From the NCBI GenBank assembly GCA_963976765.1, contig CAXBME010000016.1:124001-188000 (forward strand): 64,000 nt of DNA. The letters run 5' to 3'. Below the pieces are notes generated by a model that saw nothing but the letters and a program-made list of their open reading frames with translations, was not told where the DNA came from and made no database searches. Made by a program: the position numbers and the translations under genes. Below, in pieces: positions 1 through 7,849 of the stretch (position 1 is the stretch's first letter; every line of letters starts with the position of its first letter). This DNA comes from an uncultured Planctomycetaceae bacterium. Its GTDB lineage: Bacteria; Planctomycetota; Planctomycetia; Planctomycetales; Planctomycetaceae.

Positions 1-2065
1 CATAGTCGAGTGACAGCGGCGTCTTTGCTTGAAGAAATTTGTTGAGGACACGGCGGCTGAACTTCTGCCGGAGACTGTTCGTCGTGATTAGCCCGAAGCG
101 TTTGAGCTTGTCTGCCTGTACTGCTTCGGCAGCCCGATCCCACCAGTACATGACATAATCACAGGTCTCCGGGACTTCCGGATAAGCAGTTCGAATCGTT
201 TCCGAGTAGCCATCACCGAGCGCCTGCCGCATCCGCCAGTTACCGATGAACGGCGGATTGCCGACGACGTAGTCGGCTTCCGGCCAGTCGGCTTTTCTTG
301 GGTTGATGTACTTCAGGACGGGAACGCGGGCGGAATCGTCGGGGACTTCTTCGCCCGTTACCGGATGCGGCTTCGTCGTGCGGCCATCCCAGCGCGTGAC
401 TGGTTCGCCATTGTCGTCCAGGACCGGTTCAACGGCATCCCACGCCAGTACCGCGTCCCGGCATTCGATGTTGTGGAACTTGCGGATGATCGGTTCGGCA
501 ATCTGCGACAGGTCGCGCGTCCGGATGTGCCATTGCAGGTAACCGATCCACAGCACCAGGTCGGCAATCGCTGCCGCTCGGGGATTCACTTCGATGCCGA
601 GGAACTGGTGAGGATCGACCGTCAGCAGCTCCGTCTGGCGATATCCCAGCTCGCGCAGCGTGTTGAGCACTTCGCCTTCCAGCCGCTTCATGTGTTCCAG
701 CGCGACATATAGAAAATTGCCGCTCCCGCAGGCCGGGTCGAGAATCCGCGTCTCGCACAGCTTGCCGTGAAAACTGCGGACAGTCTCGATGGCTTCGTCC
801 GAATCGCCTCGCGTCGCCAGCGTGATCGCTGCCGTTCGCACCGCGTCCCACTCGTCACGCAGCGGGTCGATGATCGTCGGCATGACGAGACGTTCGACGT
901 AGGCTCGGGGCGTGTAGTGGGCTCCCAGCTTGTGACGTTCGACCGGGTCGAGTGCTCGTTCCAGCAATGTCCCGAAAATCGCCGGCTCGACTTCCCGCCA
1001 GTTTGAACGAGCCGCTTCGATCAACAATTCGAGTTGCGGATCATTCAGCGGCAATGCTTCGCAATCCTCGAACAGCCCGCCGTTGAAGCGTTTCAGTTTC
1101 TTGCGGATGACTGGATGGAATGTGCCCTGATCCATCGACTCCCACAGCGACCGAACCAGGTCAGGAAAGTTGCCAGTGTCACCCTTCAGGCTGATCAGCA
1201 GCTCTGTAAAGCTGTCTTCCGGAATCAGTTCGACGTCTTCGGCAAACATCGTGAACAGACACCGCATCAGGAACTGAGAAACTCGCGACGCCTCGTACCC
1301 CGAACCCTCCATCGACTTCGCCAGACGAGCCAACCGGTCTGCCAGCTCGCGAGTCACTTTGGCCGAACGGCGGCTCGGATCGAGTGACAGCGGGTCAGTC
1401 CAGACGGTGCGCAGTTTCTCGCGCTGTTCATCGTCGGCAAGTTGTTCGAGCCGAATTCGAAAACTGCCGGGATCGGGAAACGGCAGGTAGGTTTTCCCCG
1501 AACGAGTGAAGTCCGCAAACAGCTCGATGGAATGCCCCACGTCGACCACGATCAGAAACGGCGGCCAGCCTTCGTCCGTCGGCAGAGCCCGCGCGTACTG
1601 TTCGGCCTGGCCACGGGCCTTGACCATCGCATCGTCCCAGCCCTTGGTTCCTCGAATAGCGGTTCCGCGTTTGGTCTTCTTCTTCGGAGCGGACGTGAGT
1701 TTGAGTTCGTCCGAGTCGTCAGCTTCGGTCTTCTCTGTGCCCTGCTTGGCTTCCAGCACGAAGCAGCCGCGTTTGTAGAGGTCGATGCGTCCGGGACTGG
1801 TCGAGCCGTCCTGATTCTGGAACGTGACATCGCGTTCGAAGACGTAGGCATTCCCGGCAACGTCGGTCTTCGTTGGGTCGGGATGCGGAACGGCCAGCAC
1901 GTCGCACAGGTCGCGAGCAAACGGCGGAAAGTTCGCCCGCTCCGCTCCACCGGACGCCGCCCAATGCTCGATGAACCGAGCGACCTGTTCAGGTTCCGGC
2001 CCGAAGTTCTGAGCAGGTGAGGTTTCGTCGGTCACAATGTTGTGGGTCACGTTGTTGTGGGTCAC
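1..2065 (-). CDS. MmeI-like type IIL restriction-modification enzyme (fused endonuclease and N6-adenine methyltransferase); 3' end runs off the window
   Basis: Absent from the ORF track because it has no stop in the window. My translation gives [17 protein letters not shown], nuclease motif [33 protein letters not shown], motif [13 protein letters not shown] and motif [11 protein letters not shown]. In-frame GTG starts at 2065, 2050 or 2035. Confidence 0.9.
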   Translation of the reverse strand, partial: MTHNNVTHNIVTDETSPAQNFGPEPEQVARFIEHWAASGGAERANFPPFARDLCDVLAVPHPDPTKTDVAGNAYVFERDVTFQNQDGSTSPGRIDLYKRGCFVLEAKQGTEKTEADDSDELKLTSAPKKKTKRGTAIRGTKGWDDAMVKARGQAEQYARALPTDEGWPPFLIVVDVGHSIELFADFTRSGKTYLPFPDPGSFRIRLEQLADDEQREKLRTVWTDPLSLDPSRRSAKVTRELADRLARLAKSMEGSGYEASRVSQFLMRCLFTMFAEDVELIPEDSFTELLISLKGDTGNFPDLVRSLWESMDQGTFHPVIRKKLKRFNGGLFEDCEALPLNDPQLELLIEAARSNWREVEPAIFGTLLERALDPVERHKLGAHYTPRAYVERLVMPTIIDPLRDEWDAVRTAAITLATRGDSDEAIETVRSFHGKLCETRILDPACGSGNFLYVALEHMKRLEGEVLNTLRELGYRQTELLTVDPHQFLGIEVNPRAAAIADLVLWIGYLQWHIRTRDLSQIAEPIIRKFHNIECRDAVLAWDAVEPVLDDNGEPVTRWDGRTTKPHPVTGEEVPDDSARVPVLKYINPRKADWPEADYVVGNPPFIGNWRMRQALGDGYSETIRTAYPEVPETCDYVMYWWDRAAEAVQADKLKRFGLITTNSLRQKFSRRVLNKFLQAKTPLSLDY

Positions 2066-2584
2066 GGCGGCCTGCGCTTCGTCTGCTGAGCGGAAAACGG
2101 GAACGTTTGCAGTTTCGGCTCAGTAGAACATCACTGAACGGAACCGGGCGGCATACTCTCGCAGATGAATGCTACCTTCTGTTCACAGATAGACAATGAG
2201 AGCCGAATGCAGAGCATCCCGAACGGCGGCATCGTGACGCGGAATTGCTCCTGCCAGTTGGTCCGCCATCACCTCGCGGGTCCTTCCCGACACGTTTTTC
2301 GCCGAACCCACTACGGGAACAGTCGGGGTGAAAGACACACTTTCTTTCACGCAAAACTTTCCGAAGCAACCTGCCGGAACTGCGTGTGCAAGAGAAAGAA
2401 ACTTTGTCCGGCAGCAGGATTCTTCCGCCAGCCCCTGAAATGAAATGCCTTCAGGAAGGCCCCAAACCGTTCGTCGGCAGGTTTCAGCCATCGCCAAACG
2501 GTTCCGATCGGGACGGGGCGGCATGTCAGCAGGATTAAAAACAAAGTGTGTTCTTCAACGTGACTGTTCCTAATAGGGGTAACC

Positions 2585-2848
2585 TCACCGAGCCGAAAAA
2601 GGACCCGCTTCCGCCTGGTCGACTGCCGACTCTGTCACCACTTCGGCCAGCATCGCTTCCCGAGCAATCGCCAGCATCGCCCCCCGAGCATCTTCCGGTA
2701 GCATCGGCCAGGCTTTAATGATCAGAGCCAGTTCGACTGGAATGGCATCATCTACGGCATCACTCGACAGGGCAGAGAGAGGTCGGTGCATGGAACCTAT
2801 GGACAAGCAAGGCGTTATGACATTTCGTTCAAGTCCGTTATCCTCCAC
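2585..2848 (-). other. Att-anchored ORF, possibly a detached integrase C-terminal tail (motif LIIKAWPMLPEDARGAMLAI)
   Basis: The first codons (VEDNGLER) are the antisense of the tRNA 3' fragment; a TGA lies immediately upstream in frame; the C-terminal part reads as an amphipathic helix. Confidence 0.5.
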
Positions 2849-2849
2849 T
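2827..2849 (+). mobile_element. attR-like 3' fragment of a tRNA gene (Ala or Val type)
   Basis: GTTCAAGT-CCGTT-ATCCTCC-A corresponds to T-loop, 3' T-stem, 3' acceptor strand and discriminator. No D or anticodon arm upstream, so it is not a full tRNA. Confidence 0.8.
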
Positions 2850-2852
2850 CAG

Positions 2853-2878
2853 AAAGCCCCTGTTTTTCAGGGGCTTTT
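2853..2878 (+). terminator. Hairpin / intrinsic terminator after att core 1
   Basis: AAAGCCCCTG-ttttt-CAGGGGCTTT(T). Confidence 0.7.
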
Positions 2879-2903
2879 GACATTTGTAGACCTCCATCGG
2901 CAT

Positions 2904-2973
2904 GTCACGGTACGTCCCAATTTTGTCACGTTTTGGTAATTTTTTGCCTGAATACCGTGACGGATACCGTGAC
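2904..2973. repeat. Putative integrase arm-type repeats (TACCGTGAC)
   Basis: ATACCGTGAC direct repeat at 2952-2961 and 2964-2973; inverted copy GTCACGGTA at 2904-2912; all within about 125 bp of the att core. Confidence 0.55.
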
Positions 2974-3113
2974 ACCTTCTTGGTCAGGCTCTTCCGAGGA
3001 GTTTGCCCGCTGAGCGGGCCGAGAGTTTCCCCTTCCAGGTGAGCGTCTCCCCAGAAAAAACAGATTCGGGCACGATGCCCGAATTCCTCATCTGAAGGGG
3101 GTGGTAACCCTAA

Positions 3114-3192
3114 GAGGCCGACAAAGAACCTCACGGCGAGGGCGAAATCTACAAGACTTCCCAACTTGCCAAACCAGTTGTTTGTCAGCCTC
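3114..3192. mobile_element. 79-bp MITE with IS5-family ends
   Basis: TIRs GAGGCCGACAAAGAAC and GTTGTTTGTCAGCCTC (14/16 complementary), TAA on both sides, matching the IS5 right end at 6178-6193. Confidence 0.8.
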
Positions 3193-3476
3193 TAAGGAGT
3201 CTGGGGAAGCGGCGTAGAGGGGGAAACCGAGACTCCTCGGCTCTTCTGCCTGACGGACTTCAACCCCTCGGTGAACAGGGTTTGGTTCCGCCTTCTTCCA
3301 ATTGTAGCCCTTCCTGCAACCTAGAATCTCCGCTCCGCTTCGATCTCCAAGTTGCAGTCGGGCATGGGAAAGAAGCGAAGGCGAACACCTTCAGCTTTAT
3401 TTCCTTCCCTTCTCTGTCATGGATGAATTTGATCGAGCCATCCACGAAATCAGATTAGCACAGTCTTACAATCCAA

Positions 3477-4217
3477 GTGAAGAAGACTGGCGAAATCTTG
3501 AGTATCTGGAATCTATTGGCTCATAGTCTGGTATTCTCCCCGTCAGCTACGGTTGGCGGGGCTTCTTATTTCCTTCTCCTCTCTCAATTGAAAGAATCCT
3601 TCTCTCTCCCAGATTCAAAGGCTGTCTGGAAAGAACTCGAAAACGCTTCAGTCCGATCGCATCACAACACACGCCGATGCTTTGAAGACCTTCTCACGAT
3701 GTCCGTCTGCTCGCTTTCGGGTGGCCAGATGGAAGCCGAATACTTGCAAGTCGTCGAAAAGTATTCCGAAGGCGAGAAAGGCGACAGAGCGTGTGATTAT
3801 CTCGCCAATGCCTTCGGTGCTCTCGTCAATGCAATGGAAGAAACCAGAGCCGACATTATCGGCGATCTGTTCCAAGGCGGTGTGACCTTTGGCGAAAACG
3901 GCCAGTTCTTCACGCCAGAGCCGATCACAATACTTATGGCTCAAATGCAAATGTCAGATAAAGGCGGCCAAAGAGTCCTTGATCCTGCCTGTGGTTCTGG
4001 TCGCACGCTTCTCGCTGTCGCCGATGTGAACCGACATAACGAGTTCTACGGCGTTGATGTTGACCATCGGTGCGTACAAATGACTGCGATCAATCTTGCT
4101 CTACGGAATCTCTATGGGTACGTCATTCATGGCAACTCACTGACGCAAGAGCAATGGCGAGCCTACCGAACAGGATTCAACTGGAGTGCCTCCCTCAAAC
4201 TGATCCACATGTTATGA
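3477..4217 (+). pseudogene. N-6 DNA methylase-family protein, 3' end replaced by an IS end
   Basis: [35 protein letters not shown]. The frame runs into an IS3-like terminus at about 4182. The true start is probably downstream (near 3588). Confidence 0.75.
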
Positions 4218-4270
4218 GAGTCTGAGCGGCCTGATTGTGGGCCAGGAGACTTTCGATGACGAAGTCCCGC
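4182..4270 (+). mobile_element. IS3-family-like left end with RBS and orfA start (remnant)
   Basis: TG-initiated TGGAGTGCCTCCCTCAAACTGATCCAC, then AGGAGA (4244-4249) and ATG 4256 reading MTKSRRR. Confidence 0.5.
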
Positions 4271-5584
4271 CGCCGCAAACGTCAGCACGGTCGCCGACTG
4301 ATCCCGGACAATCTGCCGCGTGAGGAAGTTCTCTACGAGCTTCCCGAAGACGAACGTCGTTGTCCGATCGACGGCGAACCGATGCCGCTGATCCGCTACG
4401 AAACCAGTGAGCAACTGGAGTACGAACCAGCGATACTGAAAGTCATCGTCCACAAGCGAGCGGTCTATGCGTGTCCGCAGAAACACGATGAAGCGAAACT
4501 GATCACGACTCCCAAACCGCCGCAACCAATTGAAAAAGGTCTGGCGGGTCCGGGATTGCTCGCAGCCATGGTGGTCGGCAAGTTCGGCGATCATCTGCCT
4601 GGCTATCGACTCGAAGATATTCTTTCGCGTCACGGCGTCGAGATTCGACGCAGCACGATCTACGACTGGCTGGCTGCCGTCGCCGATCTCACCAGGCCAC
4701 TGTACGACCTGATGAAGCAGCGTGTGCTTCAATCAAAAGTGATCCACACGGACGACACTCAGGTGAAGCTGATCGATACGACCATCGGCAGCACGCGACT
4801 GGCGAGGTTCTGGGCGTACCTGGGTGACCACAACCATCCTTACGAAGTCTACGACTTTACTGAATCACGAGGCCGCGCCGGTCCGCAGGACTTTCTAAAA
4901 GACTTCAGCGGCTATCTTCAGGCTGACGCCTATGGTGGCTACGACGGAATCTATTTGCAGTCCAACGGTGCGATCGTCGAAGTCGCGTGCTGGGCTCACA
5001 CGCGCCGCTACTGGTACAAGGCTCGCGAACAGGACGCCGCCAGAGCTCATCACGTACTGGCCATCATCAGCCGACTTTACGAACTCGAACGCGCGACGAA
5101 GAACGCCGATGCAGCATCGCGCCAGAAGCTGCGAGTCGAACACGTCGCACCGCTGCTCGATGACCTTAAACAATGGCTCGACGATCAGGAGTTTCTGCCA
5201 AAGAGTCTGACCGGCAAAGCAGCCACGTACACTCGCAACCAGTGGGCCGCCCTGAACCGCTATCTCGACGACGGAGACCTCTCGATCGACAACAACGCCG
5301 CCGAACGAGCTATGAAACCCGTCGCCATCGGGAGAAAGAACTGGCTCTTCGTCGGCAGTCCTCACGCAGGTCGCCGAGCCGCTGTCCTGATGTCACTGGT
5401 CGCCAGCTGCAAAACCAACCACGTCGAACCATGAGCCTGGCTCCGAGATGTCCTCACAAACATTCCACGCGGCACCGCGTTGGAACAACTACTCCCGGAC
5501 AACTGGATCCAAACTCACCCACAACACCGCTGGGACATCGCCGATCGAAGAAAGCAGGAGCGAAACACAAAGGGGAACCTGTAG
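4256..5584 (+). pseudogene. tnpC: IS66-family transposase TnpC, 5'-truncated, with a nonsense codon at 5432-5434
   Basis: HTDDTQV, YLQADAYGGY, CWAHTRR, IDNNAAERAMKPVAIGRKNWLF. EP-TGA-AWLRDVL continues in frame to TAG at 5582-5584. Confidence 0.9.
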
Positions 5585-5600
5585 TTCGCCACGCGCTTAC
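5584..5600. repeat. IS66 right terminal inverted repeat
   Basis: Reverse complement reads GTAAGCGCGTGGCGAAC; GTAA is the usual IS66 terminus. Confidence 0.75.
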
Positions 5601-6193
5601 CTTCATCTGATGCTCCGTGAACTCAAACGCCGCGGCAGACTCGAACTGGAGACCACAATGATCGATTCCGCCCAGGTGCGAGCGTTCGGTGGCGGTGACC
5701 GCAGTGGGCCGAGCCCCGTTGATCGCCGGAAACCAGGTACAAAATACACCGTTCTCGTCGATGCACGCGGCACGCCGCTGGCGATGCAGACCGCCGCTGC
5801 CAACGTCAGTGACCATCGTCAGATTCTCTCGACGGTCGTTCGGTATCCTCAGATCGGCGGCACACGAGGTCGTCCGCGAAATCATCCAGCGAAGCTGTAC
5901 GCCGACGCCGGCTACGACAGCAACGCGACCCGCGAACTGCTGTTGGTGATGGGCATCGAACCGATCATTCGTCGTCGTAGCACACCGCACGGCAGTCATC
6001 TGGGAAAGGTCCGCTGGGTGGTCGAGCGGACCATCAGCTGGATCAAAGGCCTGCGGCGAATGCGAATCCGCTACGACCGCCATCCCACGATCATCGACGC
6101 CTGGAACCACCTTGCCCTCGCCGCAGTCTGCTTCAGAATCCTCTGCCAACCCGATTGAACAAGTGCCAATACGACAGGTTCTTTGTCAGCCTC
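5601..6193 (+). mobile_element. IS5-family element, 3' part (transposase interrupted by IS66) plus right TIR
   Basis: DDE motifs IDSAQV, YADAGYD, RWVVERTISW and RIRYDR; stop at 6158; TIR at 6178-6193 followed by TAA. Confidence 0.9.
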
Positions 6194-6194
6194 T

Positions 6195-6625
6195 AAGTAT
6201 CGGCAACGTGTGTTTTCGGGATGCCGCGTTCGCAGATCGGATCGATCCTACGTGATCTCAGCCGACAGAAAGATGTCGAGCTGGTGAAGAGGAATGGAAC
6301 GCTCAACCAGACTATATTCATGTGCTGTTGCGTATGCCACCGAAACATTCAGTTGCGATGACGGTTGGGTATTTTAAAGGCAAGAGCGCCGTGCGTATTC
6401 ATCGGTAACTGATCCAGACGAGCGGCACGATGTTTGGACGAAGCTTCTGGTCACGCGGCTATAGTGTGAACTGCGGCAGCCCATGAAGCGATGATTCGTT
6501 GTTACATCAAGGAACAGGGTAAATACGACGGGAGTGGAAATTGTTTGACGACGTTGATTACTTATAACCCACGGCCCCTTTCAGGGGCCTTCCTTATACC
6601 GCCGGCTCTGCCGGTGGTTCTGATT
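6195..6625 (+). pseudogene. tnpA: IS200/IS605-family TnpA (Y1) remnant with subterminal hairpins
   Basis: Broken frames read KYRQRVF, QIGSILRDLSRQKDVELV, PDYIHVLLRMPPKHSVAMTVGYFKGKSAVRIHR*, FGRSFWSRGY, EAMIRCYIKEQ. Hairpins at 6573-6589 and 6598-6618. Confidence 0.8.
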
Positions 6626-6710
6626 GACTGATGAATCATCAGTTGACAGTTCGGACGATAAAGACAGAACTATCCCTGCAATTTCGACGTTCCACGCCTT
6701 GATTGCTTCT

Positions 6711-6746
6711 GCAAAAAGTCCTACTGGTGTCCTCGATCCTCCACTT
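6711..6746 (+). mobile_element. att-like site 2 (36-bp repeat ending in the ATCCTCCACT core)
   Basis: 35/36 identical to 13138-13173; the last part matches the tRNA 3' end at 2840-2849. Confidence 0.8.
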
Positions 6747-6753
6747 CGAAAAC

Positions 6754-6790
6754 AAGAGCCGCCGATCGAATGCGATCGGCGGCTTTTTTC
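6754..6790 (+). terminator. Intrinsic terminator after att core 2
   Basis: AGCCGCCGATCG-aatg-CGATCGGCGGCT followed by a T-run. Confidence 0.85.
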
Positions 6791-7180
6791 ATGGGCTTTT
6801 CGGTGTGAATCGCTGGTCTCAAAAAGTTCAATCAGTTTGTGCAATATGGGGCGAAATGCGGCAAGTGACTGTGAGCAAGAGAGTTAAAGAGCTCTACTGT
6901 CCATTATCCTCACTTGCACTGTGCGCTGTGGTTCGAGTCCGCCTCGGGCGCGTGGCCACGTCTGGTCACTCTCTGAACCACCCGACCCGATTCCCACCAA
7001 ATCTCGGAATTCTTGTCCCCATGAAGGCCCTACAGATCCGGTGTGACTGCGCATTGTGATTCGAACAGAGACTTCGATTACGCCACCCGTGAGCTGACTA
7101 CGATCTCAAAACACTGCCTGCCTCATCGGTGGATTCCTGCCAGTCCTTCTGGCGAGGTGACATCTTTTTTGATTGACTCC

Positions 7181-7208
7181 TGTAACAATTGAGATCGCGG
7201 TGTGTATT
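7181..7208 (+). promoter_or_regulatory. Putative ECF-type promoter of the sigma factor gene
   Basis: TGTAAC-N16-TGTATT just upstream of RBS AGGAGA (7215-7220) and ATG 7226. Confidence 0.45.
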
Positions 7209-7225
7209 GATTGCAGGAGAAGTGA

Positions 7226-7825
7226 ATGAACGGCCCTGAAACACGTGAATCGTTGCTGGCAAGTCTCGATAGCCCCGTCGCGGACGAAAGCTGGCGTGAG
7301 TTTGCGGCGATCTATCGTCCGCTCATTTTTCGAGTGGCTGTGGCGAAAGGTTTGCAGCATGCAGACGCAGAAGATTTGACGCAGGAAGCGTTAACGGCCG
7401 TTGAGCGATCTCTTGGCTCCTATGAGGCGTCGCGAGGTTCTTTCCGCAGTTGGCTGTATCAGATCACACGCAATCTGGTCGTCAATCATCTGACGCGTGG
7501 TCGCGGGCCTGACGGCACGGGAGACAGTAATGTCGCGCGACTTCTTGCTCAGCATCCTCAACCGAACGACGACACTGCGACGCTGTTTCGGCTGGAATAC
7601 AGACGTGCTCGCTTTCAGCAGGCCGCTTCGATTGCACGAGCCGAATTTCACGAATCGACGTGGGACGCGTTCTGGTTGACGGCAGTCGATTTACGTTCCA
7701 TTGAAAGCGTGGCAGAGGAGCTTGGGAAGTCGCAGGGAGCCGTTCGAGTCGCACGCTGCCGTGTGCTGGACCGCCTTCGTGTGATTGTCTCCCAACAAAG
7801 CGGCGGTTTTGAAGCGCCTGAGTAG
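7226..7825 (+). CDS. ECF sigma-70 factor, kinase-associated type
   Basis: WREFAAIYRPLI, DAEDLTQE, GSFRSWLYQITRN, region 4 VAEELGKSQGAVRVARCRVL. Confidence 0.93.
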   Translation: MNGPETRESLLASLDSPVADESWREFAAIYRPLIFRVAVAKGLQHADAEDLTQEALTAVERSLGSYEASRGSFRSWLYQITRNLVVNHLTRGRGPDGTGDSNVARLLAQHPQPNDDTATLFRLEYRRARFQQAASIARAEFHESTWDAFWLTAVDLRSIESVAEELGKSQGAVRVARCRVLDRLRVIVSQQSGGFEAPE

Positions 7826-7849
7826 TGCGATTTCGGAAACCGTGCAGTC

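Noticed and set aside
303..2020. Plus-strand ORFs in the ORF track
   Set aside because: Antisense shadows of the long minus-strand type IIL gene.
2770..2850. Complete tRNA gene
   Set aside because: Only the T-loop to discriminator is present; upstream sequence cannot form the 5' acceptor, D or anticodon arms.
5448..5600. N-terminus of the 236-aa ORF as part of the IS5 transposase
   Set aside because: It is an alternative frame of the IS66 3' end; IS5-like sequence begins after the IS66 TIR at 5601.
3114..6193. One composite IS5 transposon
   Set aside because: The left TIR already has its own partner and TAA duplication at 3177-3195, and the sequence left of 3111 does not look like the missing 5' part of IS200 tnpA.
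6925..6952. GGTTCGAGTCCGCCTCGGGC, resembling another tRNA 3' fragment
   Set aside because: The T-stem is imperfect, there is no terminator or second copy, and it is short enough to be chance.
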